64,000 bases of DNA from Ylistrum balloti (Eukaryota). Below the pieces are notes generated by a model that was given only the letters and a program-made list of their open reading frames with translations, had not been told where the DNA came from and searched no databases. Positions 32,301-45,200 of this stretch are shown here, piece by piece (positions within the stretch are counted from its first letter, which is position 1; every line of letters begins with the position of its first letter). Where the stretch lies: contig NW_026782053.1 in the NCBI RefSeq assembly GCF_031769215.1, positions 1-64,000 on the forward strand, in the 5' to 3' direction. Both the position numbers and the translations under genes were made by a program.

Positions 32301-35300
32301 TTAAATTTATGATCCGGTAAAATTTCGGCTGTTTTCAGTTTTGAATTTTGCTGACGTCACTATTTTGCTGAAATTTAAACGCATTGTTTTGGTTTCAGAT
32401 TCAAAACCTACACGTGGCAGTCAATATATCAAGTACTTAAATGTAACCAGGTGGTAGTATAGAGACAATATGAATACAACTCGGATGACATATAAATAGA
32501 ATGTTAGAACGACATGATTATATATCAACTGCAAGTTGCATTCATATCGACTGTAAACTACCATCTGGTAACAGTTTACAGCTGAATATATTACAGGTTA
32601 TGTACACTTACACACGTGAGCTATATATTTTGTATCATTCTAATCACACTAAACGAAGACTACACTGCACTTTGTGTGACATTGAAAAAGTCATTACAAT
32701 CATTGTGCAAATGATGAAAATTACCTTCATCCGTGAGATGCTTTTGAACAAAACTGTACAAAACCATTTGCTAATGTTCTTATGAATATCGAACACCTTA
32801 ATTTACCATTCAAACTAACATATGATATTTAATTTGTGGAAATTCTTAATAGATCTAGCTTGATCGGTTTGCAAACGTTCATGCGGCCCTGATTACGTCA
32901 CAACAGGTTTGTGTTGTTATAAGTTTAACAGAATGAAATATTTGTGTAAATCATAAAACCCACAGAAAATAAGCATTGTGAAGTAGCAGAATTGTAACCC
33001 AAGTAGAAATTATAGTGAACAGCATACACACTTGTGTATTTACCAAATACTCCGATAAAATCTATGATCTTACAGTTCCGGATTACCCAATTTCGCTTGT
33101 CCAAATTGACCAAAAAAGAGATGTTTTGATGCTATCCAAATTTTTCATTTAGCAGCTTCGTTGGAATATCCCTTTAAAGGCTATGATGACACTGCTTTAC
33201 TCTGCAATGGTTGTCATGTCCCAAATACATTCTGTGTTCGCGCCATGCGCTATGCGTAACGATGACACCTCTCTTCGAACGCAGAATTACACGACCTTTG
33301 TTACATTGTAGCTAGAAAATAATACGGCGATGAATTTTATGAAATATTTCTGGATATCCACCATCAGTTTCATCCAGATTCGAAATCACAACCTACTACC
33401 GAGACCAATGATAACTAGCGCTAACACATTTTCTCTGTTAACAAGCCATCTTTCAAGCAGATTGCTCAACCCTTGTTTTCGTCCTACGTAAATGCATTTA
33501 ATTAATTGGACCGTGCATCCCTATACACGTATAACTTCACCGGGCGGTCTCTTGGCGCAGTGGTAATGCACTTGCCTTTCACCTAGACGTCCGGGGTTCG
33601 ATTCCTGGAACGGACCTAAAAAAGGCATGGAGTCACCTGCCCGACCTCGTGGATTGTCCTCGCATACTCCGGTTTCCTCCCCTTCCATCCGTGCTAAAAA
33701 GAGTGATTGATATAAGCTTAATACTTGTTTCGCAATTATTGTGAAATAGATCAAGTTGATGCATATACATTAGCAACATGATACGTTCCCTGATTTAGGA
33801 AGCAGTATAAAGTAATCCATCCAACATAAGTAATCCATGTTGCAGCACATTTTAGTCATAATAAACATCTATAGTACCATGTTCCCCTTTACAGCTAGGT
33901 TGGCGATGTCCGGTGTTGGCCTACTTATAGTTCTCCTAATGAGTATATTTCTGCGTTACAGCTAGGTTGGCGATGTCCGGCGGTGAGATTGCTGGGATCG
34001 TTGTTGGCCTGCTAATAGTTCTCCTAATTAGTATATTTCTGGGAACATTATTCTACCGCCGTAAAACCAGGTAGGCATTATATAAATTTTTGTCATAATG
34101 TTAAAAATAGATTTCTATTGTCAAGCGTTTAAAAGGTATACATTAAAGCCTTTAATGTCTAGACGCTGCAAAGTAATAACGTAGAGACACTTTGGTTTAG
34201 AGCATAGAACTATGATTCACTCTTCCGGAACACCTGGTCTTATTTTCAAATATTTTTGTTTATATTTTGCTCTAATTATATTGAATTTGAGTATGGATCA
34301 TTGTTATGTTGACATGCTTGTATTTTCTTGGTGAGTTTATAAATCACTTCTTATGCTTTATTATCATATATGAATTATATAGCGGATATGATGCAAGAAT
34401 GGGTTTGCTAAATATGAAGATGGCTTACTCACCTTCAAACCTATCAGTCTTATCAAAGTCGTAACAATTATATGTCTGACGTTTTGTTTTGGTTTCTTTT
34501 AGGGGACCTGATGATATCGCTTTTAAGATGTTTGACAGAATTTCCTTTAAACCATCATTCCATAAACCGCGTTTGGAAGTGCCCCCATCTTTTTCTTACC
34601 GGTTCGGCGGGTCTTCCGTTACACCGGAAACAGTGGGTGCGCAGTCACAAGGTTTCGATAATCCCATGTATGGCAATAATCCACTCTCGGTAAGTGGCAT
34701 CTGCATGTAATTGAAAGTAAGTCACAACATATTGTCATAGCTATTTATCCAAACAAATACGGCATGTACCTTAACTGACAAAAATAGCTGCCTTCTGTCA
34801 ACCGCATGCTATCGTAGAAGGCGACATCCTCTACAGAAAAAAGGAGACTTCATTCATTTGAAGGATAAGGCTTCATTCAAGAAACTGAAATATATTGCTG
34901 CTCTCCACATTTCCGATTTCGAGTTTTCCCGGTAGCCGTGCCCTACGACGCCTGTTCTCGTACAGCCCTGGTTGTTTCGAGAACATTAGAGGCTTACAAA
35001 ACAAATACTAGATGTATAAATGGTGGTAAATAATATGTGTATTTGTTTATAATCAGTGGCTTAGCAATTGGTTTTAGAAGTGTATGCTTTCAATAGAGGG
35101 TCCATTGGCGAAGCCCCTGAGGGGGTCTGGGGGTGAAGTGGGGGTCTGGGGGTGAAGTGGGGTTCTGGGGGTGAAGTGGGGGTCTGGGGGTGAAGTAAGA
35201 AGAATATCTCAATGGAATTCGAGTGTATGCTAAAACATACATGCATTCATTATTGTTACACCACTGATGATACAATGTGCGAATCTCAAAATGGTATTTT

Positions 35301-36387
35301 TCATCGATAGAAAAAAATAGAGTAGCGTATCCCTGTTTGTTTGTCGATGAAAGCAAACTTGTGTTGGAAAATATCACGAGAGTATAAAACGGTATATTTC
35401 TACTATATAGTAAACTATACTCACTAGTCGTATTTCGTTTTAATCTTCATGGGATAATCTCTGTTGATAGAAGTGTCTTAATTTTCAATATTGACTTGGT
35501 CATTCTCGAAACAAGTGCTCGAGTTATTGCTCAGGCATAGCTTACTTATGTTCTCTTCTTACTAATATCGAAAATAAAACTAGCACCCACCTTGTAAAAA
35601 TATTCAGCATTCTATTGCTACCTACAAAATATCTTCGAAGTAATAGCTACTGTGACAACAACCTATTATCATAAACGGTTTTTAGGATAAGTTATTTCCG
35701 AATATTTCTTTTCAGGTTTACTCAGATAAATATTTCTGTTCGAAATTTGGAGATAATTGAAATATCTTAATTTAACATAGACTTATAGTGTTCAGATGAT
35801 TTTTGTTTCACCTAAAATTTGTATGTTGATATTTAATAGTTTGATATATTTTTTTTATATATATAATTGTAACTTTTTTCGCAGAATGAGAAACCTTTAG
35901 ATCTCGAAATGATGCCAACATCGCTCCAACTTCCGGAAGTTGAGGAACAGCCATCCTATGACAACGGATTGGGGTTTGATAATCCGTTATATGAGAATGT
36001 GGTAAGAAATCTAATAGTATATTTCGTGTCCTTTGCTATACAGTACGTATCAGCTAGTCTAGAACACGTGCTCTTGGTGCAATATCTGTAAACGTCTATG
36101 TATTTGACATAATAGACAATGTAGAAAAGTGACTATGTCTCGAGACTAAACGAATGAAAGATTTGAAAATCAAAAGCAAAATATGAATAATATATAGTAT
36201 ATTGAAATAGACACATGAAGCTTGTAATAATTTTTTTGCTTACTTTGAAATGTCAGCGCGTATGTCTATTTTGTTTTTTTATGTGTAGCAGGAATCCGCC
36301 ATGTTCAGTGATCCAACAGATGTGGATGTCAAGGTCGAAGTTGACGACAGTCTGGGAACAGACCTGGGTTCTAAACTAAACCTGTAA
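26349..36387 (+). CDS. AMN: Amnionless (cubilin partner, cubam receptor), 12 exons, about 534 aa
   Basis: Phase-consistent exons: 26349-26394, 27236-27402, 27558-27657, 28798-29018, 29699-29857, 30465-30561, 30891-31106, 31265-31351, 33962-34070, 34503-34689, 35885-36001, 36289(or 36292)-36387 (1605 nt). Signal peptide; KIWLPNANFGNPINWDKNRPPC; LDSEKIPCQTDDVVFP; cysteine-rich CTDPTGCACGN...PIRPSGSCCEICG; one TM helix; cytoplasmic FDNPMY and FDNPLY. Confidence 0.93.
28198..28233. repeat. Perfect 13-bp-stem hairpin in AMN intron 3
   Basis: AAAACGGAACTGG - 10-nt loop - CCAGTTCCGTTTT. Confidence 0.8.
33542..33750 (+). mobile_element. tRNA-derived SINE in AMN intron 8
   Basis: A-box TGGCGCAGTGG 33553-33563, B-box GGTTCGATTCC 33595-33605, then a central domain ...TACTCCGGTTTCCTCCC typical of V/Meta-like SINEs. 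Related copy at 55045-55251. Confidence 0.85.
33889..33961 (+). repeat. Partial tandem duplicate of the AMN transmembrane exon and its acceptor
   Basis: TTACAG|CTAGGTTGGCGATGTCCGG occurs at 33889 and 33956, 67 nt apart. The upstream copy lacks 21 nt (CGGTGAGATTGCTGGGATCGT) and has about 3 substitutions. Confidence 0.9.
35054..35266. mobile_element. Probable MITE remnant carrying a 19-bp G-rich tandem repeat
   Basis: Imperfect termini CAGTGGCTTAGC / GTTACACCACTG. About 4 copies of GGGGTCTGGGGGTGAAGTG at 35122-35196. No clear TSD. Confidence 0.55.
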
Positions 36388-36806
36388 ACAGCTTTACCAT
36401 ATTACTTTGTCACGGATTCTTAAACTATCCTCGAATTGGAACAAACCTGTATGTCACAAAGTCCTCGTTATCGACATGAACATTACAACACATAACAAAC
36501 AGTTTGATAACCGTTTATATTTGCTTAAAATAGAGTACATTTGACATATAACACATTTCTTATCTTTGTAGATCTAGTGCAAATCTAACTGTTACATGTT
36601 TTGACGACACTTACAATAAAAATCTTAAACAGTCCGAATAAATAATTACAAAATCCTTGAACAGGAAAAATTTTCATTCAGAGTTTTTTTTCATGAAATT
36701 GTTCAATGTCGCCAAGTGTATAATTAGCCCTATAATAGTAAAAAAGAGTCTTTGGTTGGATATCAAACTTCAACCAATAATCAATGTTCGCTCCAAGGTA
36801 CCTTGT

Positions 36807-39800
36807 TTACCTAGATTGTTGACCTTCTTCCTCTGTGCATTCTACATTGTGTTCATCACCGTGGAATGAAGAAGCATCGCCTTCATTGATGCTGCCCGCA
36901 TCAACCTCTATCTTCAGGAAGATTGTGTCGTTCTGAAGGTATGTAGGTGTTTCCAAAATACCATGTTTTACAAATCTTGGAATTCCTGAAGCAACATTCA
37001 TTTCCGATTCTGGTCTTCTGAAGTTGTTGCTTATAGTGTCAGGATTGAAAGTTTCAGACAAGTTCCGTGTCCCAGTGTCTTGATCCATCAGTGTCAGAGT
37101 TACGCGCCGCTGAAATGGCCACGGTAAAAGGGCATCGAGGTCGCCCTTCATAATGACAAAAAAGAACGACAAGTGTGTTCCACGGCCCTCGCCGTCTCCG
37201 TTGAGGTAGACTCGTCCACACATCTTGTATCCAAAAGAACTTGAGTAGAATGGGGAACTATTTTCACCTTCATTTGCTTCCAGACGTCTTTGCCTGTATT
37301 CCTTGATTTCCCACAGGAACACTCCGTTGTAACTTGCACGTTCTTGATGATAAAGTCGTCGACTGATCTGGTTCAAACGGTCATTAACTGAGGTCATCTT
37401 CTTTTGCAAACAATTAAACTGACGAAGTTTTTCTTGTGCTGTTATTAATGAAAAAAAGTAGGATTTTTCGTTTGAAACGATGAACTATGGAAAATATACC
37501 AAATTAAAGGTTAGTTTTCAGATAATCAGGAATTAGAAAAAATAAATTAGGAGGAAACGGTCCTGTTCAGTTTTGTCAAACGTTGTGATATCCATTAAGT
37601 GGTTATATAACGCAGAGTGTTTATCAAACAATACTATAAGTGAAACCGACTAATACTCCTCGAAACAACTTTATTGGATACAAAATTGTAACAAAGTGCA
37701 ATGATTATTTGATCAAAAGGTTTCGGGCCCTGAACTTGGTACATTACACATCATCTTATTATGGCCAATGTTTACACTAAGTTTCGTTATCCTATTTTAA
37801 ATGCTAGCATACGTATGCCTCGGATATGAAATTTTGACAAAGGGCAATAAATCTGTAATCAAGGGATTCCAGGCCCTGACTTAGTTCATGGTCCATTCAT
37901 GATTCATTGCCTAACTTTGGGCAAACTCGGACGAACGGACGAAATGGCAACTTTATGTTCCAAAGAAAGTTTTTTGAAGAGCATAAAACGAAGATGATTT
38001 CAAGAGTCAGATTTATTTGGCAAAAATGAGCCAAGGAGCGTGAAATTATTTATCCTGTGAATCTTATTGTTCGAGTTTGATCTCCGACATTGAAAATGAG
38101 GATCAATATAGATTATTAAGCATGGCATTCAAACCAACAAAGTTGAGACTATAGTTTGTCATCTAAAGCAAAACAAGTAATTTGCTAAATTGATATTTAG
38201 ATTCTGGCAATCAAAATACACGATGAAAAGGAAACGACTCTAATGAGGCTAAACGACAGGGACAATGTTGGTTGAAAGGGTACATTGTGTATTTGTTCTT
38301 TATGAGCATGATTAATTTATACGCTATCTGAAATTGACAGCTGATACATTTAGCTTATTTGAAACAACAAATATAATCAACAAATTACCTGAATATTTAT
38401 TTAAACTAGAAACGATAACAATGTGAACAAAAAATGTATTTACTACTGACCTCGAGATAAAAAGAATAATAGATATACGTTTTACATACCTTCCTGGATT
38501 TCCTTCTCTATTTCTTCGTTTTGATTTTTTAAATCTGGAACTTGCTCAAATGTCTCCTTTTTGGTTTCCTTCATTCTCTAAAGTCATAGAAGTTAAATGT
38601 GTCATTTCACGGTAATGCTCTTCACTAGCATACGTAACAAACATGTATATGAATACATGTATATAGTGAGATTGTACAACAGATAGACTGGAGAACAGCA
38701 CCTTATATTTCAAATTAATAATTAGATATAGTAAAATAGAACAAAATTGTTTAAACTCCATTATACAGGTATTTCGTCCTCTTTTGGATACAGCAGTAAT
38801 GCAAAAACCCAACTATAGGAGAGGTATTATGGCAAATTGAAATTTATCGTTAGTTATGTCAAAATATAGATGAGGACGTGTGTTAGCCCACTTATTCAAC
38901 ATTTCATTTTAATTTTCTTTTCAAAATTTCAAGGTATATGTGTCTTTACTGAACATCGTCATTACTTCAAGGAATTGAACTGTGGAATCTACGTTACAGT
39001 AAACATCTAGGACTAAAGAGTTTATCACCTGCAATATCAAATCATTGTGTGAATGATATATAAAAGAATAGCGCGTTTCAATACAAATTATGATTTGGTC
39101 AGAGCAAGGTTTGCGAAAAGTTTTCTTTACTAAAACTAGAATAGATTTTCCGGCTTTCCGCATACGACATTTATCCGTAACCATATCGAGAAAAAACAAC
39201 ATACCTTGTGTTCTTCTAGAATGGAGGCTCCAATGGAAGCGTCTCGTGATTCCGCCTGTGTAAATGAATTATACAAGTAACATCTACCCAAAATAAAATC
39301 TTTCACTGGAAAACATTTAGAAGGTTTTGAAAAGCCGGTACATTTGGCGTGAAAAGAAAACCGTTTAATAAGGATTTAGGTTATTCTTTCAGAAAAAAAC
39401 ATCGGGTAAGATAAACAATTTTCAGAAAAATCTTTCATTTCAACAAGACACATTCATAGTATAAGCGGTTCCTATTACAAACACATGTTTCCTAACATTC
39501 TAACCTAACGGGATTACCTAAGGGTATAAACATGCATTTTTAATTCAGAACTGCTCATACTTGATTGATATCAGAAGTAACCATTTCAATTCAAAGAAAA
39601 TAAATAATTTCAGAAGAAAATCTTCCTTTTGCAAGATTTGAAATCTGCCTTATTAAACGCTGTCCTTTTATTTAGGTGTTTTACTTACAAAGCCCACATG
39701 ACCATACCATGTTACATATGGTTTGACAACGCTCACGTCTCTGCGAAAGGCTATTAGAAATAGCGCAGACAGCTGTGGAACTGGATTGCACCGCAGAACA

Positions 39801-41792
39801 CCTTTACAACAACTAGTTAGACTATTCATTTAACTGTTCTGTCAAATTCAGCAAATTCTATTGTTAACAAGGAAAAATATAAATCATGCAAGTTTTGTTT
39901 TAAATTAAGTATTACTTCGTTTGCAATAATGATGTAACATATGATTTAGAGTTACGAAGGTGAGATCTTACTTCAATTATAACTTATATAAAAATGATAA
40001 ATGATATATTCGATATCTATAAATAGATTACGAAAGCAGCATCAATTGGTGGCATTATATATAATTTCCTCATAATACATGTAAGTGTATCTTAAAGAAA
40101 TATCATATCAAATTTTTCTTTCACAATAGGTGGGTGTTATTTGATATCTGTTAATCATTGTCTTAGATATGTATGTATATAAAAAACATTTACACAAAAT
40201 TATTGATAATCTATGATGAAGCATAATATCTAAATTTACGCTCTAACAAACTTGTGGTTGTTATATATGGTGATTGTTCCTCTCTCTTAAGTCATCTTTC
40301 TGCAGTCACAAAAGCACAAGCTTTGGTGAATCATGCTCCGGACAACTACTATTTACATATATACAACCGAACATACGACGATATTTCTTTTCAGCACTTA
40401 ATTTTAAATTTCGATAACAGCGTGGCTGACTTTTTAAACTGAATGTAATTCCATCAGATAATATAATTAAAAAAAAATCTTTACCTGCAGAATTATAGTC
40501 TTTCATTAGTGTCTTAAAATTATTATCTGATGCTTACAAACATCAATATTAAACAATAAATTGTAGTCCAATTACAGCTTACTTCTACTGATTGCATTTA
40601 TTATCATATAAGACCATACACATGTCTTGAAATCAATGTAAGTTCTGCAGATATAATGACTTTATTTATATAAAAAAAATCAAAATGGTAGACGGTGTAG
40701 AGAGTGTATTTGCACTAATTATTAGAAATGCAGTTGTAATAATGTAATTCTGTCAAGGATCGCAGAATGTTCAAAGAGGCATTTCTATAATTGATATAGT
40801 GTTTTTTGTCTTAAAAGTACATATCTCAACATACATGGATAAAATTACTTAATAATATACTATCTTCATTATTTCAACATAAATTTAGACTGATAATATA
40901 TCATAATAATCGAACAACGGAGGTCAACAGAGGTTACCTTGATGTTTGCTTTTCCACATTGACATTCATCTCCGATATACCCGCAGTCAGCTAATAAATG
41001 ATTCTGGAAGGCAGACACATTTAGAATAGGGAAATAATTCTTATAAAACAGTAACATAAGCTTAGATTGGGGTGATTTGGCTTCAAATTGTATATATGTG
41101 TGCTTTAATAATGCATTATCTGGGGTGGGGATGGGGGTAGGGGGTTCGAGAGCATTATGTAAACTCACAATTACAGTATACAGTATACTGTAGACCAGAC
41201 ACTGCTTTCCTCAGTTTCTATTTCATCATAATATACTTTGTTATTTACATGTAATTTTTTTAAAATATGTAGCAAATAAAATGGCCACCAGATTACTTTT
41301 AAAATCAGAATCATCATCGGAATATTCATAATACCTGAAGATCCTTTAGAGCCATTACCTCCATACAGCCATTTTCCCTTTTAGTGCAGTACACATCGAG
41401 GTTCTGAAGTTTTCGTTCGATGTGTTTGTCAGGAAACACCTTACAAAGAAACATAGCTTATAAATGTAGAAATGCTTTGCCTTCAGCAACCAAAAAAAGA
41501 TATGGGATATTGAAAACATTTCATTGAAATATCGATTTAAATTGATGTCAATATGTAATTATTAGGAAAAATGAAATAAAAATTGTCATACCTTATTTTT
41601 GAAAATTTGATCTCCACATTTATCGACATGACATGAAATCATTGTCTCATTTCCAAATAGACCATCAACACATTCCTCACAGACTAGATGACCACATGGC
41701 AGCTGCAAAGGTTTTGTCAATACATAATTGCACTGACAACACATGCTCCAAGTAGGTGGATCCAGGTATTTCACTTTTCTTGCGTCAGACAT
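36807..41792 (-). CDS. TRAF3-like protein, reduced paralog (RING, about 1.5 zinc fingers, short coiled coil, MATH), about 380 aa
   Basis: Exons on -: 41792-41592 (RING CCQC...CGHLVCEEC), 41439-41335 (VFPDKHIERKLQNLDVYC), 41003-40938, 39255-39205, 38577-38490, 37438-36807 (MATH: YNGVFLWEI...GYKMCGRVYLNGDG...LLPWPF). 1143 nt, phases consistent. The three small middle exons are less certain. Confidence 0.8.
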
Positions 41793-42299
41793 GTTTGATG
41801 GTACAGTATTTTGCCCTGTTGTATAACATCAAAATAATGGTATTGAAATTTACTTACTGACAGTAATAATGATTAAATTCAGTCCATAGATAGGATTCTG
41901 CTCAAAACATTGATTTTCATATTTTTGCATATCATGTCTAATCCGAGGCTTTTTATCTAATCTATAACGATAACAGTTACACGTAGTTTTATATAATTGT
42001 CGGTGGGAACTTAAATACATGTTAAATGCCAAAACAATGACTTACCGTTGGCTTATGCTCACTGCTCACTCCTTGAACAAAAGTCTGTGTATGACAAGGC
42101 ACTTCTAGCTGTTGCTTACCTGTATATAACAATAACTATCATAAATGGCTACGCTACGCTAAGTAGTTCGTTACACAGTCTATATGCTGATAGCGTATCC
42201 GACAATCTTTTCTATTTTATCTGAAATTTCGATTATGATTAATCAAATCTATATCAATCTATAAAAATTACCTGCATTTGTTGCTCTCGAGAGGAGTAC

Positions 42300-45200
42300 A
42301 AAGTACAAAACATTAATGAACAATACACAGATGAATCACTTGTATATATCCCAACTCCTTTCTATGTATTCTATTTATTTATAGATTAATTTTGGGATTT
42401 CCAATGGAACTACCACTGCTAAATATAGCTGTATCTGGTGATATATACATGAGGTAGCCTTATTTATAGAGTGGATTATGAAAACCATGTAGGTTAAACT
42501 CTTATCTCTGTAAACTCTCTACAATGTCATTTTTTATTTATAAATATTATCAGTACAGGATGTCCTGATCACAGATGACTAATCTATAATATTGTAAATA
42601 GTCTATAAACAGATCAAGTACACTGAAATGGGTGACTCTTCGATATGACCTTCAGATAGCTGGAAACATATCCGTATGATAACTTTATTACGATCAGATG
42701 TCATGTTTATCCGTATCTTGATATCAGAATGCTTACTAGTTCCGATAGAAATGTTTATCAAGTTTATCCGAAAAAACATACGAATATATGAAAACCTAAA
42801 ATCAGTATTAATGTCTTAAAATTGGACATATGCTCTAAAAGGGTAAAATACAATTTTTCGTATTAAAATCAATAATGAAATAAAGCAGTATACATCACAA
42901 TGTATTGGTTCAATTTTGTCTGTTATATTCGTAATAATTTAGAATAAATAAAATCAAATTAATTAAGAAATATTATAAACTTTTTAATTATATGTTAATT
43001 TATATTTACTAAAACTAATAAGACGAGATTCACGACTGTCTATTCTAATGGTTAGACTGCCGCGAATCTCCTTCGAGGAAAGATATTTTATCTGTCCTAC
43101 CCCCAAATTTGGAAACGATTCTTTCTCTACCCTTATCTCCAACGTACCAGAAATATAATAACGAGACAAATATATGCTGCCATAAACGGAAACAAAAATA
43201 AGCAAGTAACGACTTCCGGTTTTGTTTTAACCGACTTGTAATCTACATTATACATTGTACAATCGTAATGATAAATCATTGCCATAATGTATTTAAACTG
43301 ATTTGAGTATAAAAAAAATATCATATGTCTAACAATGATATCAAACTTACAAATTTCGCATTCAGCACAGTTTTGTGTGATAGAGATATCTATTACCGGA
43401 AGTGTCGATATTTCTGTCCTATTTGGTAGAAATCCTTATCTGTTTTCATTAGTTGAAAATAGCATAGAACGCTGTATCGTCACTTAACCTTTTGTAAGAT
43501 ATTCTAACCATACCAAGAACAAGACAGCATATTCTAAGATGAACACAAATGCAAAAATGCTCATTCGAGGGCAAATCAGCACATTTATTAAAGCGATGAA
43601 ATAGTTAGGAAGTTTATATGAAATGTGAAAATATGTGAGTCCTTGAAAAGACTTATCCATCTGCACATCAATCTGAATTTCTTAACATTAATTGTACAGT
43701 ACGCTTTTAATCCTTGGTACAGTCAAATATTTACATGGTTATAGATCAGGTCATCTTAAATCTACCGAGAATCTTGTTATTCAAATACAAAAAATACAAA
43801 ACATTAATGAACAATACACAGATGAATCACTTGTATATATCCCAACTCCTTCTATGTATTCTATCTATTTATAGATTAATTTTGGGATTTCCAATGGAAC
43901 TACCACTGCTAAATATAGCTGTATCGGGTGATATATACATGAGGTGGTCTTTATTTATAGAGTGGATTATGAAAACCGAGTAGGTTGGACATATGCTTTA
44001 AAAGGGTAAAATACAATTTTCTCGTATTAAAATCAATTATGAAATAAAGCAGTGTACATCACAATGTATTGGTTCAATTTTGTCTGTTATATTCGTAATA
44101 ATTTGGAATAAGTAAAATCAAATTAATTAAGAAATATTATAAACTATTTAATTATATGTTAATTTATATTTACTAAAACTAATAAGACGAGATTCACGAC
44201 TGTCTATTCATATGCTGTCTTACAATGATATCAAACTTATCTTAAACTGCCAATGAATCAGTCACGTCTCTTACGTCTAAAGTTACAAACTTCCCATTTA
44301 GCACATTTTTATGTTTTGTGTGATAGAAATATATATTACCGGAAGTGTATTTAAACTGATTTGAGTATAAAAAAAATATCATATGTCTAACAATGATATC
44401 AAACTTACAAATTTCGCATTCAGCACAGTTTTGTGTGATAGAGATATCTATTACCGGAAGTGTCGATATTTCTGTCCTATTCGGTAGAAATCCTTATCTG
44501 TTTTCATTAGTTGAAAATAGCATGGAACGCTGTATCGTCACTTAACCTTTTGTAAGATATTCTAACCATACCAAGAACAACACAGCATATTTACAATGGA
44601 ACTACCACTGCTAAATATAGCTGTATCGGGTGATATATACATGAGGTAGCCTTATTTATAGAGTGGATTATGAAAACCATGTAGGTTAAACTCTTATCTC
44701 TGTAAACTCTCTACAATGTCATTTTTGATTTATAAATATTATCAGTACGCTTTTAATCCTTGGTACAGTCAAATATTTACATGGTTATAGATCAGGTCAT
44801 CTTAAATCTACCGAGAATCTTGTTATTCCAGTACAGACACACGTAGCTTTATAATTTGGCTGATAAGAATGTATACACTTGTAAAATATGAAGAAAATGA
44901 AAAAAAACACAGATCTTACCATCTCCAATTGCAATACTTTCTTGAATAAAATTGTATGTATGAAGTCGCTAATATTATATGTCCTTTATAACTACCACTG
45001 CTGAATATAGATATAAACACGGATGTGGCTTTATTTATAGAATGAATTATGAGAACAGATTAGGTCAAAATATCTTAAAATATCTATCTTATCTCTGTAA
45101 ACTCTGTTCAATATCATTTGTAATTTATAAATGATCAATAAATGATGTCGGTAAACGAGGTCTTGATGATATATGATAAAATATGGGAACTACTTTATCA

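Noticed and set aside
33545-33615. tRNA gene
   Set aside because: A and B boxes are present but there is no convincing cloverleaf or acceptor stem, and the sequence continues into a SINE body shared with 55045-55251.
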